A DNA stretch of 64,000 bases from an uncultured delta proteobacterium. Lineage in GTDB: Bacteria; Myxococcota; Myxococcia; Myxococcales; Anaeromyxobacteraceae. The notes beneath the pieces were generated by a model. It saw only the letters and a program-made list of their open reading frames with translations, did not search any database and was not told where the DNA came from. Below, piece by piece: positions 17,479-32,300 of this stretch (positions within the stretch are counted from its first letter, which is position 1; each line of letters begins with the position of its first letter). The stretch lies in assembly GCA_963828255.1 (NCBI GenBank), contig CAWHDZ010000017.1, positions 64,001-128,000 of the forward strand. Direction: 5' to 3'. The translations under genes were made by a program, and so were the position numbers.

Positions 17479-18164
17479 GCGTGCTCGGCGACCCACTTCC
17501 CGAGGAACTCGTCCTTGAAGAGGAACCCGTCGGCTCCGCAGTCGGCCGCGAGCTGCTCCACCGTCTCCCGCGCCGCGCCGGTGCAGAGGATCACCTTGAT
17601 GCCCCGGAAGCGCTCGTTCCCCTTCACGAAGCGGCAGAACTGCGGCCCGTCGATTCGGGGCATCTTGACGTCGAGGAGGATGAGGTCGGGGCGGGTCTCC
17701 CGGCGGGTCAGGATCGCCGTGGCCTCCTCGGCGTCGGAGGCGTAGAGCACCTCGAACCCCTTCCCGGCCAGGTCCCGGCTGAGGAACCGGGCCACGATCT
17801 CGTTGTCGTCCACGATGAGCACCCGCCGGCGCGCCACCAGCGCCGCGGCGAACCGCTGGGGGATCTCCTCGAGGGGATCGAGGCCGAGGAACCCGTCGGC
17901 GCCGCACCGGGTGGCGAGCTGGGCCAGCTCCTCCGGGGAAGCCACCCCCGTGACCAGCGCCCGCCCGGCGAAGCCCCGGTCGCGCAGCAGGGCGATGGCC
18001 CGGCGTCCGACCCTGGCGTCCACGACCAGTGCGTCGGCCCCGGCCAGATTCGACGCGAGCTGCAAGGGATCCGAGGAGGCCACCGACTGGTGCCCCGCCT
18101 TCGACAGCGACAGCGCGACGGCGTCGCCGACGATCTCGTTCTCGCAGCAGACCAGGACCTTCAC
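17472..18164 (-). CDS. Tandem-receiver response regulator (degenerate N-terminal + canonical C-terminal receiver)
   Basis: C-terminal VLIVDDN...LLDVKMPRIDG...LCTG...FLFK; the N-terminal half has a receiver-like pattern without the acidic pair. Confidence 0.8.
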   Translation of the reverse strand: MKVLVCCENEIVGDAVALSLSKAGHQSVASSDPLQLASNLAGADALVVDARVGRRAIALLRDRGFAGRALVTGVASPEELAQLATRCGADGFLGLDPLEEIPQRFAAALVARRRVLIVDDNEIVARFLSRDLAGKGFEVLYASDAEEATAILTRRETRPDLILLDVKMPRIDGPQFCRFVKGNERFRGIKVILCTGAARETVEQLAADCGADGFLFKDEFLGKWVAEHAQ

Positions 18165-18240
18165 CGCCCCGGAACCATACCGCATCGACCCCCGACAGGG
18201 TCGAATTGCCGCTCCCCGGTGCGTGTGCTAGCCGTGGGGC

Positions 18241-19559
<1,319 letters not shown>

Positions 19560-19563
<4 letters not shown>

Positions 19564-20396
19564 ACCGGACCGTCGAGCTGCACACGCGCCTGGACTACGC
19601 GCGGGCCTGGATCCGCGGTCGCACCGAGCACCGCCCGGTGGTGGGGGTGGTCCTGGGCTCCGGGCTGGGAGCCCTGGCCGAACGGATCGAGGAACGGGTC
19701 ACCATCCCCTACGAGGAGATCCCCGAGTTCCCCGCACCCACCGTGACGGGCCACGCCGGGCGGCTCGTGGTGGGGAAGCTGGGCGCCACGCCCGTGGCGG
19801 TCCTCCAGGGGCGGTCCCACCTCTACGAGGGCGCCTCGGCTGGGACCGTGGCCTTCGGGGTCCGGCTCCTGGCCTGGTTCGGCGTCCGGTCGCTGCTCCT
19901 CACCAACGCGGCCGGCGCCGTGAACCCGGCGCTGGCGCCGGGCGGGCTGGTCCGCATCACCGACCACCTGAACCTCACCGGGGCGAACCCGCTCACCGGG
20001 CCCAACGACGAGCGGCTGGGTACGCGCTTCCCGGACATGGGCGAGCTCTACGACGCCCGGCTGGGCGCCCTGCTCGACGCCTGCGCCGCGCGCCTGGGCG
20101 TCGGGCTGGGGCAGGGGATCTACGCCGGCCTGGCCGGCCCGAGCTACGAGACCCCGGCCGAGATCCGCATGCTCCGGACCCTGGGCGCCGACCTGGTGGG
20201 CATGTCCACCGTCCTCGAGGTGATCGCGGCCCGCCACGCCGGCGTCCGGGTGGCGGCGATCTCGGTGGTGACCAACCTGGCGGCCGGGCTCTCGGCGCAG
20301 GCGCTCTCGCACGAGGAGGTGCTCCGGGCCGGGGCCGGCGCGGTGGATCGGCTCGATCGGCTCGTGCAGGCATGGGCTCCGGAGGCGGCGCCTTGA
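19560..20396 (+). CDS. punA: Purine-nucleoside phosphorylase (trimeric type)
   Basis: [45 protein letters not shown]. Confidence 0.95.
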
Positions 20397-20686
20397 CCGG
20401 CCAGCACCGCCTCCACGTTCTGGTCCGCGACCCGGCCGCCGGGGGCTCCTTCGAGGAGTGGAGGGGCTGGCTCGACGGGGAAGGCATGCACTTCACCATG
20501 AGTCATCCTCCGGCGCGGCGGCTCGAGCTGCGCTTCCTGCTCCCCGGCGCCGGCGTCGAGACCCGCGCAGGCGGGGAGGTGCTCCGGGTGGACCGGAGCG
20601 GCGACGCCTTCCTGGCCCACGCGCGCCTCGACGGCATGGACGGGGCGAGCCGGGCGGCCGTGGAGAAGTTCCTGGAGGAAGCGTGA
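20393..20686 (+). CDS. Small hypothetical protein, degenerate PilZ-like fold
   Basis: G..F...P...LELRFLLPG....RAGGEVLRV......[14 protein letters not shown] resembles PilZ C-termini; overlaps both neighbours by 4 bp. Confidence 0.55.
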   Translation: MTGQHRLHVLVRDPAAGGSFEEWRGWLDGEGMHFTMSHPPARRLELRFLLPGAGVETRAGGEVLRVDRSGDAFLAHARLDGMDGASRAAVEKFLEEA

Positions 20687-21102
20687 AGGCACGCGACCTG
20701 GTGCCGGCCGCGCGGGCGGCGCGCCGGCGGGCCTACGCCCCCTACTCGGATTTCCGGGTCGGAGCCGCGCTGCGCGCCGGGGGCCGGGTCTTCGAGGGCG
20801 CCAACGTGGAGAACGCCAGTTACGGGCTGACCGTCTGCGCCGAGCGCGCCGCGGTCCTGGCGGCGGTCCTGGCCGGGAGGCGCACCCTCGAGTCCCTGGC
20901 CGTGGCCAGCGGGACCGTCCCGCCCACGCCCCCCTGCGGGATGTGCCTGCAGACCCTGGCCGAGTTCGCCGGACCCGGACTCCCGGTGACGCTGGCCGGG
21001 GCCCGCGGGTCCCGCGTGGAGACCACGCTGGGAGCGCTCCTGCCCCGGGCCTTCGGCGCGGCGCAGCTCGGCGGCGCCCGGCCCGTGAAGGTGCGGCCGT
21101 GA
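20683..21102 (+). CDS. cdd: Cytidine deaminase
   Basis: [37 protein letters not shown]. Confidence 0.95.
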   Translation: MKARDLVPAARAARRRAYAPYSDFRVGAALRAGGRVFEGANVENASYGLTVCAERAAVLAAVLAGRRTLESLAVASGTVPPTPPCGMCLQTLAEFAGPGLPVTLAGARGSRVETTLGALLPRAFGAAQLGGARPVKVRP

Positions 21103-22070
21103 GGGTCTTCCACGGCCTGGACGGCGCCACCGACCTGCGCGGCTGCGCCGTGGCCATCGGCAACTTCGACGGCGTGCACCTGGGCCACCTCCGGCTCCTC
21201 GAGACGGCGCGGGCCCGCGCCGCCACCCACCGGGCGCCCTCGGTCGCGCTCACCTTCGAGCCGCACCCGGCGCGGGTGCTGCGCCCCCGCATGGCGCCCC
21301 CGGCCATCACCCCGCCCGCCCGGAAGCTCGAGCTCCTCGAGGAGGCGGGCATGGACGCGGTGGTGGTGCTGCCCTTCGACATGGCCTACGCGGCCACCCC
21401 GGCCGCCGCGTTCGTGAAGCGCGACCTGTGCGCCCGCCTGGGAGCGGCCGACGTGGTGGTGGGGTACGATTTCACGGCGGGTCACGAGCGGGCCCGGGTG
21501 GACGCGCTGCGGGAGCTCCTCCTCGCCTGCGGCATCGGGCTCTCGGTCATCCAGCCGGTCACCGCCGACGGCCTCACCGTGAGCTCGACCAAGGTCCGGG
21601 AGTTCCTGCTCGAGGGCAACGTCGAGGGTGCGGCGGTCCTGCTCGGGAGGTCGCACGACGTCGAGGCGGTGGTCGAGCGGGGCGCGGGGCGCGGGCGGAC
21701 CATCGGCTTCGCCACCGCCAACCTGCGCCCGGAGGGGCTCCTCCCCGCCCTGGGCGTCTACGCGGCCCGGGCCCGGGTCGGGGTGGGGCTGCGCCCCGAC
21801 GGGGTGTCCCACACGGCGGGGGCACGGGCCCTCGACGCGGTCTGCAACGTCGGCGTGAAGCCCACCGTCGAGGAGTCTGGCCCGGTGGGGCTCGAGGCGC
21901 ACCTCCTCGGCCACGACGGAAGCGACCTCTACGGGGAGCGCGTCCGGGTCGAGTTCGTCGGGCGCATCCGACCCGAGAGGCGCTTCCCGTCCATCGAGGC
22001 GCTCCGCTCCCAGATCGCAGCCGACGCCGGCGCGGCCCGGGACCTCCTGGCGCGCTCCCGCGATCGCTGA
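21099..22070 (+). CDS. ribF: Bifunctional riboflavin kinase/FAD synthetase
   Basis: [51 protein letters not shown]. Confidence 0.95.
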   Translation: MRVFHGLDGATDLRGCAVAIGNFDGVHLGHLRLLETARARAATHRAPSVALTFEPHPARVLRPRMAPPAITPPARKLELLEEAGMDAVVVLPFDMAYAATPAAAFVKRDLCARLGAADVVVGYDFTAGHERARVDALRELLLACGIGLSVIQPVTADGLTVSSTKVREFLLEGNVEGAAVLLGRSHDVEAVVERGAGRGRTIGFATANLRPEGLLPALGVYAARARVGVGLRPDGVSHTAGARALDAVCNVGVKPTVEESGPVGLEAHLLGHDGSDLYGERVRVEFVGRIRPERRFPSIEALRSQIAADAGAARDLLARSRDR

Positions 22071-22122
22071 CCGGCGCGCACGAAAGCCGTCCTGATTCCG
22101 GGGGCTTGTCCCCCACCGTTCC

Positions 22123-22152
22123 TTGACCCCCCCGGAAACGCGATGCTACCGT
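22123..22152 (+). promoter_or_regulatory. Putative sigma70-type promoter of pilB
   Basis: TTGACC-N18-TACCGT with a TG extended -10. Confidence 0.5.
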
Positions 22153-22195
22153 CGAATTTCTTCCTGCGCGCTCGATCCCGGGAGAGAGTGACCAC

Positions 22196-23899
<1,704 letters not shown>

Positions 23900-23909
23900 G
23901 AGGACGATC

Positions 23910-25010
23910 GTGGCCAACCTTCATCAACTGCTCAAGGCGATGGTCGAGAAGGGCGCGAGCGACCTGCACATCACCACCGGCTCGCCGCCCCAGCTTCGCA
24001 TCGACGGCAAGCTGGTGCCCCTCAAGACCAACCCGCTCACGCCGGTCGAGACCAAGCAGCTCTGCTACTCGATCCTCACCGACGCCCAGAAGCACCGCTT
24101 CGAGGAGGAGACCGAGCTCGACCTCTCCTTCGGGGTGAAGTCGCTCTCCCGCTTCCGCGCCAACGTCTTCCTGCAGCGCGGCGCCGTGGCCGGGGCCTTC
24201 CGCACCATCCCCTTCAAGATCCTCTCCTTCCAGGAGCTGGGGCTCCCCCCGGTGGTGACGGAGCTGGCCAAGAAGCCGCGCGGGCTGGTGCTGGTCACCG
24301 GGCCCACCGGCTCGGGCAAGTCGACGACGCTGGCCTCGATCATCGACAAGGTCAACACCGACCGTCACGAGCACATCATCACCATCGAGGATCCCATCGA
24401 GTACCTCCACCCCCACAAGAACTGCCTGGTGAACCAGCGCGAGGTGGGGGCCGACACCCAGTCCTTCAAGAAGGCGCTCAAGTACATCCTGCGCCAGGAC
24501 CCGGACGTGGTGCTCATCGGCGAGATGCGCGATCTGGAGACCATCGAGGCTGCGCTGGTGGTCTCCGAGACCGGCCACCTGGCCTTCGCGACCCTGCACA
24601 CCAACAGCTGCGTGCAGACCATCAACCGCATCCTCGACGTCTTCCCGCCCTACCAGCAGCCGCAGGTCCGGGCCCAGCTCTCCTTCGTGCTCGAGGGGGT
24701 GCTCACCCAGAACCTGCTGCCCCGTGCGGGCGGCCCCGGGCGCGTCCTGGCCCTCGAGATCATGGTGCCCAACCCGGCCATCCGGAACCTCATCCGCGAG
24801 GACAAGGTCCACCAGGTCTACTCCCAGATGCAGATCGGCCAGACCAAGTTCGGGATGCAGACCTTCAACCAGAGCCTGGCCGGCCTGGTGCAGAAGCGCC
24901 TCATCACGGTGGACGAGGCGCTGGGGCGCTCCAGCGACGCCGACGAGCTGAAGAACATGCTGACCAGCGGGACGGGGGTGCGAACCACCGCGCCCGCGCC
25001 GCAGCGGTAG
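23910..25010 (+). CDS. pilT: Type IVa pilus retraction ATPase
   Basis: ASDLH, GPTGSGKST, EDPIEY, LRQDPD, AIRNLIRE, GMQT. Confidence 0.97.
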   Translation: MANLHQLLKAMVEKGASDLHITTGSPPQLRIDGKLVPLKTNPLTPVETKQLCYSILTDAQKHRFEEETELDLSFGVKSLSRFRANVFLQRGAVAGAFRTIPFKILSFQELGLPPVVTELAKKPRGLVLVTGPTGSGKSTTLASIIDKVNTDRHEHIITIEDPIEYLHPHKNCLVNQREVGADTQSFKKALKYILRQDPDVVLIGEMRDLETIEAALVVSETGHLAFATLHTNSCVQTINRILDVFPPYQQPQVRAQLSFVLEGVLTQNLLPRAGGPGRVLALEIMVPNPAIRNLIREDKVHQVYSQMQIGQTKFGMQTFNQSLAGLVQKRLITVDEALGRSSDADELKNMLTSGTGVRTTAPAPQR

Positions 25011-25092
25011 TCAACGGTAGGTGGATGTGAGGATCGACGCGGGACGGTCCCTGTCCTAGACTCGGGGGACGGGATCCGGGAGCGAGGGGCTC

Positions 25093-26355
25093 ATGGCACA
25101 GGCGGCAGCAACCAAGATGGGAACCAAGAACGCTCCGGCGGTGCGCAAGCTCCCGGTGTGGAAGTGGGAGGCCAAGACCCGGCAGGGAGAGGTGCGCGCC
25201 GGCGAGATGGAGGCCGCCGACGACGCGGCGGTGAAGGCGCGCCTCACGCAGATGGGGCTCGACCCCACCAAGGTGAAGAAGAAGCCCAGGGAGCTGCACC
25301 TCAAGATCCCCGGGACCGGTGGGGTCACCACCAAGGACCTGCTGGTCTTCACCCGGCAGTTCTCGGTGATGATCGACGCCGGCCTGCCGCTGGTGCAGGG
25401 GCTCGAGATCATCGCCGCCCAGGCCGACAACCGCGAGTTCCGGCGCGTGCTCACCGACGTCAAGCTGCGGGTCGAGTCGGGCTCCACCTTCGCCGACGCG
25501 CTGGCGGTCCATCCCAAGGTCTTCGACGAGCTCTTCACGCAGCTGGTCCGCGCCGGCGAGATCGGCGGCATGCTCGACACCATCCTGCAGCGGCTCGGCG
25601 CCTACATCGAGAAGAACGAGAAGCTGAAGCGGCGCGTGAAGGGCGCCATGATGTACCCATCCATCGTCCTCGTGGTCGCGGTGGGCGTGACCCTCGTCAT
25701 GCTCATGTTCGTCACCCCCACCTTCGAGAAGATGTTCAAGGACTTCGGCGGGGCCATGCCGGCGCCGACCCAGTTCCTCATCGACCTGTCGCACGCCCTG
25801 ACGACCTACTGGTACCTGCTCGTCGGGATCCCGGTGGCGCTGTTCATCGCCTGGCGCGCCTGGGTGGGAACGGCGGCCGGCAGGATGCAGTGGGACGCCT
25901 TCGTCCTGAAGGTTCCGGTCGCGGGCTCGCTGGTCCGCAAGATCGCGGTGGCCCGCTTCACCCGGACGCTCGGCACCATGCTCTCCTCCGGCGTGCCCAT
26001 CCTCGACGCCCTCGAGATCGTCGCCAAGTCCTCGGGGAACAAGGTGATCGAGCGGGCCATCCTCACGGTTCGGTTGCGCATCGCCGAGGGGAAGAACATC
26101 GCCGGTCCGCTCGCCGAGACCAAGGTCTTCCCGCCCATGGTGGTGCAGATGATCGGGGTGGGCGAGGCCACCGGCGCCATGGACCAGATGCTCAACAAGA
26201 TCGCCGATTTCTACGACGACGAGGTCGACGTCGCCGTGGGCGCGCTGACGAGCGCCATCGAGCCCGTCATGATGGTTTTCCTGGGCGGTATGGTGGGCGG
26301 GTTCATGGTGGCCATGTACCTCCCCATCTTCAGCGTCGCCGGGAACATCAAGTAG
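25093..26355 (+). CDS. pilC: Type IV pilus inner-membrane platform protein (GspF family)
   Basis: FTRQFSVMIDAGLP, AGEIGG.L, AMMYP, SGVPI, VGEATG, IEP, MYLPIF. Confidence 0.97.
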   Translation: MAQAAATKMGTKNAPAVRKLPVWKWEAKTRQGEVRAGEMEAADDAAVKARLTQMGLDPTKVKKKPRELHLKIPGTGGVTTKDLLVFTRQFSVMIDAGLPLVQGLEIIAAQADNREFRRVLTDVKLRVESGSTFADALAVHPKVFDELFTQLVRAGEIGGMLDTILQRLGAYIEKNEKLKRRVKGAMMYPSIVLVVAVGVTLVMLMFVTPTFEKMFKDFGGAMPAPTQFLIDLSHALTTYWYLLVGIPVALFIAWRAWVGTAAGRMQWDAFVLKVPVAGSLVRKIAVARFTRTLGTMLSSGVPILDALEIVAKSSGNKVIERAILTVRLRIAEGKNIAGPLAETKVFPPMVVQMIGVGEATGAMDQMLNKIADFYDDEVDVAVGALTSAIEPVMMVFLGGMVGGFMVAMYLPIFSVAGNIK

Positions 26356-26360
26356 CCACC

Positions 26361-27938
26361 ATGGCGGAGTGGATGACCGACCCGGCGCGGCGCAAGCTCG
26401 CCTGGGTCATCCTGTTCCGGCTCGTGCTCGACACGGTCCTGCTGGGCGGGACCGCCTTCTGGCAGGTCGGGGCCGGTGGAGCCACGCCGGCGCTGGCCAC
26501 CGCCCTCTACGGCATCGTCCTCGGGACCTTCGTGGCGTCGCTGGCCTTCGCGGCCTGGCTGACCTCGGGGAGATGGCTTCAGGGCCTGGCCTGGGCCCAG
26601 ATCGCCGCCGACGTGGCCATCGCCACGGCGGTGGTGGCCGTCACCGGGTGGAGCGACAGCGTCTTCGTCTTCATGTACTCGCTGGCCATCGTGGAGGGGG
26701 CGATCCTGCTCTTCCGCGTCGGCGCCGCAGGCGCGCTCGGCCTCTCGCTCGTCACCTACGTCTCGCTCATCGCCCTGGTGGCGCCTGGCCGGCCCGCCGT
26801 CCTGTCCCTCTTCGCCCACGCCGGCGCCTTCGTGGCCTCGGGGGCGCTCGCCACCTACCTCGCCGAGCAGCTCCGGCGGACCGGCGAGAAGCTCGAGGCC
26901 CGCGAGTCCGACCTGGCGGCAGTCACGGCGCTGCAGGAGGCCATCGTCCAGTCGGTGGCGGCGGGACTCGTCACCCTCGACGCCGCCGACCGCGTCACCT
27001 TCCTGAACCGGGCCGGCGAGCAGATCACCGGGCTCCGGGCCGAGGACGTGCGCGGCCAGCCCGCCGCACAGTGGTTCTCCGGCATGCACGAGCAGACCGG
27101 CCGCGACGAGACCGACTTCGAGAACGTCCGCGGGGAGCGGCTGCGCCTGGGCTACACCCACTTCGCGCTGCGCGGACGCGACGGAAAGCCCATCGGCCGC
27201 GCCGTCATCTTCCAGGACCTCTCCGGGCTGCGGGCCATGGAGGAGCGGGTGCAGCGCAGCGAGCGGCTCGCCGACATCGGCCGGGTGGCGGCCGGCCTGG
27301 CCCACGAGCTGCGCAACCCGGTCGCCGCCATGTCCGGCTCGATCGAGCTCCTGCGCGCGGGCCTCGAGCTGGCCCCCGACGAGGCGCGGCTCATGGACAT
27401 CGTCACCCGCGAGGCCTCGCGCCTGAACGAGCTGGTCACGCGCTTCCTGGAGTACGCGCGCCCGGCCGTTCCCCGACGCGGCCACACCGACCTGGCCCGG
27501 CTCGCCTCCGACACCCTGGATGTCTTCGCCAACGACCCGGCGGCGGCCTCCATCCGGATCGATCGGGAGCTCGCCCCGGCGGGCTGCCGGTGCGACTCCG
27601 ACCTCATGCGGCAGGTGCTCTGGAACCTGCTCGCCAACGCCGCCCACGCGGCGCGCTGGCACGACACGACCAGCCGGGACCGGGGGCGGGTGACGGTCCG
27701 GACGGGCAAGGACGAGGACGGCTGGACGCGGCTCGAGGTGGAGGACGACGGCGCCGGCATCCCGGCCCAGGACCTTCCTCGCCTGTTCACGCCGTTCTTC
27801 ACCACCAAGGAGCGCGGCAGCGGCCTCGGGCTGGCCACCGTCCAGCGGGTGGTGGACGCCCACCACGGCACCATCGTCGCGGGAGCCGGGGGCGACGGCG
27901 GCGCCCGCTTCGTGGTCAGGCTGCCGCCGGAAGGTTAG
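26361..27938 (+). CDS. pilS: Sensor histidine kinase PilS (multi-TM, PAS, HisKA)
   Basis: Several TM helices, PAS-like FLNRAGEQITG, LAHELRNP, PFFTTK, GSGLGL; located between pilC and pilR. Confidence 0.9.
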   Translation: MAEWMTDPARRKLAWVILFRLVLDTVLLGGTAFWQVGAGGATPALATALYGIVLGTFVASLAFAAWLTSGRWLQGLAWAQIAADVAIATAVVAVTGWSDSVFVFMYSLAIVEGAILLFRVGAAGALGLSLVTYVSLIALVAPGRPAVLSLFAHAGAFVASGALATYLAEQLRRTGEKLEARESDLAAVTALQEAIVQSVAAGLVTLDAADRVTFLNRAGEQITGLRAEDVRGQPAAQWFSGMHEQTGRDETDFENVRGERLRLGYTHFALRGRDGKPIGRAVIFQDLSGLRAMEERVQRSERLADIGRVAAGLAHELRNPVAAMSGSIELLRAGLELAPDEARLMDIVTREASRLNELVTRFLEYARPAVPRRGHTDLARLASDTLDVFANDPAAASIRIDRELAPAGCRCDSDLMRQVLWNLLANAAHAARWHDTTSRDRGRVTVRTGKDEDGWTRLEVEDDGAGIPAQDLPRLFTPFFTTKERGSGLGLATVQRVVDAHHGTIVAGAGGDGGARFVVRLPPEG

Positions 27939-27946
27939 AAGAGGGC

Positions 27947-29320
<1,374 letters not shown>

Positions 29321-29340
29321 CCGCCGACCCCGGTTCCTGG

Positions 29341-32300
29341 CTACTGGCAGGCGGTGCCGGTCTTGCTGGCGTCGTGCCGGCAGTCGTGGAGCTGGCGCGG
29401 AACCTCCAGCCAGTAGACCGGCTCGGCGATGTCGCTGCGGGTGCCGGGCTGGATCGACGTGGGAGAGGCGCCCGGGTCGATCTGCAGCGACGAGTAGCCC
29501 ACCTCGCCCTTGGCGCTCACCGCCACCCGGAAGATCCCGCCCGAGGGCGGGGCCACCGTGTCCCGCTGGGAGGCCCGGTAGAGGAGGGGGTCGGGGGAGG
29601 CGCTGTATCCGCACGAGCCGCTCGGGACGCCTGACACGTAGTTGGCGGCATATCCGTAGACGAGCGGCGTGCCGACACTCCCACTGCACGGGTCACTTCC
29701 CGACTGCGCGCCCACGGGGACGAAGCCGTTCCAGACGGTGCACCCGAAGACGATGCTGGCCTGGGAGCCGGTCTTCTCGTTCTTGCAGGCCGAGAGATCT
29801 CCACAGTTGGCGGCTCCGACCGGGCAGGTGTCCCCGTACTCGTAGAACCAGCCCGGGTCGTCGGGCGTCGCCGAGCACGACGTCGGGACGACCCCGTCCG
29901 GGCGCGTGGAGCAGGTGGGGGTGGGCTCGCCCACCCGGGTCACCGCCCAGGTGGTGTCCACGAGGTTGCATCGGCCCGGGGTGGACGTGCAGGCGCCGGA
30001 CTGGACGAACGAGGTCGCCGTGTCGGTGTAGCGGTTGGCCTCGAACACCCTGGCGCTCGCTGCGTCGTCGAAGATCTTCTCCGCGTAGCGTCCGTAGGCG
30101 AGCACGCCGAAGAAGCGGTTCTTGGGGCACTGGCCCGCGAACGAGGCGACCACCGAGGCGTCGCCCACGCTGGTGAGCGTGCCGCAGAGCCCGTCCACGT
30201 CGCAGGAGAGGGTCCCCGTGTCGGTGCGCGCGGGGACGTTCGGGCAGGTGAAGCCGAGCGTGACCGTCGAGGTGAACGCATTTCCCGGGCTGGCCGCGCA
30301 TTCCGCGGTTCCCGTGCAGGTGCTCGTGACGGAGTCGCGCATCATCTTCCCGGATTCGCAGCGGAAGTGGTTGGTGAACCCGCACGCACCGTATCCGTCC
30401 ACGGAGGTGGCGTCGGTCACCGAGCAGCCGCCGCGGCAGCACCCGAGCAGGTTGTCCGGCCCGCAGGCCTCTCCCTGCTGCATGATCCGCTCACGGTTGC
30501 CGCTTCCCGTGTAGACGTGCAGGGCCCGGTTCTGGGGCTCGAAGGCGTTGGCCGTCATGAAGAAGAACGGGGCGCGCCCGGACGCGTACTGCAGGTCGTC
30601 GCTCCTCCGCTGCTGCTCGAAGGTCCGCGCGGCGTGCCAGTTCGTCACCCGGCCGGTGGCCGGGTTGATGCGGCCGGGCTCCAGGAAGCGGGCCACGAAG
30701 AGGCTGCCGCCCATGTCGCCCCAGGTGGCGGTGTCGAAGTAGCCGTCACCGTCGAAGCTGGGCTGGGCCGGGTCGCCGATGTCCATGAGCGCCACCGCCG
30801 CGGGGATGGAATACATGCTGGTGCCGTTCCCGTAGCCGTTCTGGGCCTTGAAGTCGTCGTCGGTGAAGCGCCACACCACGCCTCCCGTCCACACGTCCAC
30901 CATCCAGACCGCGTTGCCGCCCCCGAGGGTGGGGTCGTAGCCGCCGTTCAGCATGGCGATCCAGCGCTCCTCGAAGTCGCGACGGTTCAAGGTGTCCGTC
31001 TGCCCCTCTGGAAGGGCCAGGCGCACCGGTCCAACCGGCGCCGGACGGGGGAGAAGTCGGACCAGGACTGTCCCATCCACTGGACGTCCTCCGAGCCCGG
31101 GGGAGGGAAGGTCCAGAGCATCCGCGGCGCCTCCACGTCGGTCACGTCGAGGGCGATGAACTGCGTCCCGCCGGCCCGCTCGGAGAAGATGGCCACCGAG
31201 TGGAACTCGCTCCTCTCCTTCGTTCGATTGGTGTTGGCATCCACCCAGACGTCGCGGGACATGATGTTCCCGTCCACGGTGTACTGGTGCTTGTCGCCCA
31301 TCAGGTCCTTGAGCCGGGGCAGCATGTCCGGGGGGACGAAGGCCCAGCGCTCCTCGCCCGTTCCGGTGGTGTAGGGGACGTTGCAGTTCAGGTCCCGCGT
31401 CGCGGAGAGGACCGGAGAGCCGGCGTCGAAGGCGTGCAGCATCCCGTCGTTCGAGCCGACCAGGAGGACGCGCCTCCGGTCGCGGTTGTCGAAGCGCCAG
31501 GCCTCGTAGGCGTCCACCTCCAGGTCCTGCAGGCCGTGTAGCTCTCGTAGGCGGTCTGCTGGCGGAGCGCGGGGGGGCTGTGGATGGTGGCGACGCACTG
31601 GTTGTCGTAGCCGGTGTCGCAGACCGCCTCCAGGACGGGGGGCTTCACCACGACCGGGGAGGAGTGGAAGATGTCCCCGAGCTTCCAGAAGACCGGGGTG
31701 GTGCGTGCGTCGTTGGGGCGGTCCCGCTCCTCCCCCAGGATGCCGGAGGGGCAGGAGGTCGGGTTCCGGGTCGTCCCCGTCCACCCCCGGTCCGGGCCGT
31801 AGCAGCTGTTGCCGTTGTTGTCGGTGACGTCCCACCCGCGCACGAAGTGGATCACCTGCCGCGCGCAGAGGTTCCGGAAGTCGGTGGCGTCGGTGGGGCA
31901 GGGCGGGACGCCAGCCTCGCCGGTTCCGCACACCTTGGCCCGGGAGTTCAGCATGTTCGTGCACCAGGCCGTGGTCAGGTTCATGAACGGCGCGAGCTTG
32001 GCGACGTCGGCGGCGACGGTGTCGAAGGGGACCATCTCGAACCCGCCGGTTGCGGCGGGAATCGCCGAGAGGATCCTCCGCGAGTTCGTCTGCGACTCCC
32101 GGGCCGTGCGGTACCCGGTCTGGGTCGGGGTGGAGAGGACCTTGCCCGCGTCCCACACCATGTTGGCCGCCAGGTTCCCGGTTCCCTTCTTGATGAAGTC
32201 GCCGGGCTGGAGGCCGCCGGCGATCGGGTCCCCGGTGTACTCGGTGATCTCGTCGCAGTCCCTGTCCACCATGAAGACGCCGGTGCAGATGGAGCGGCCG

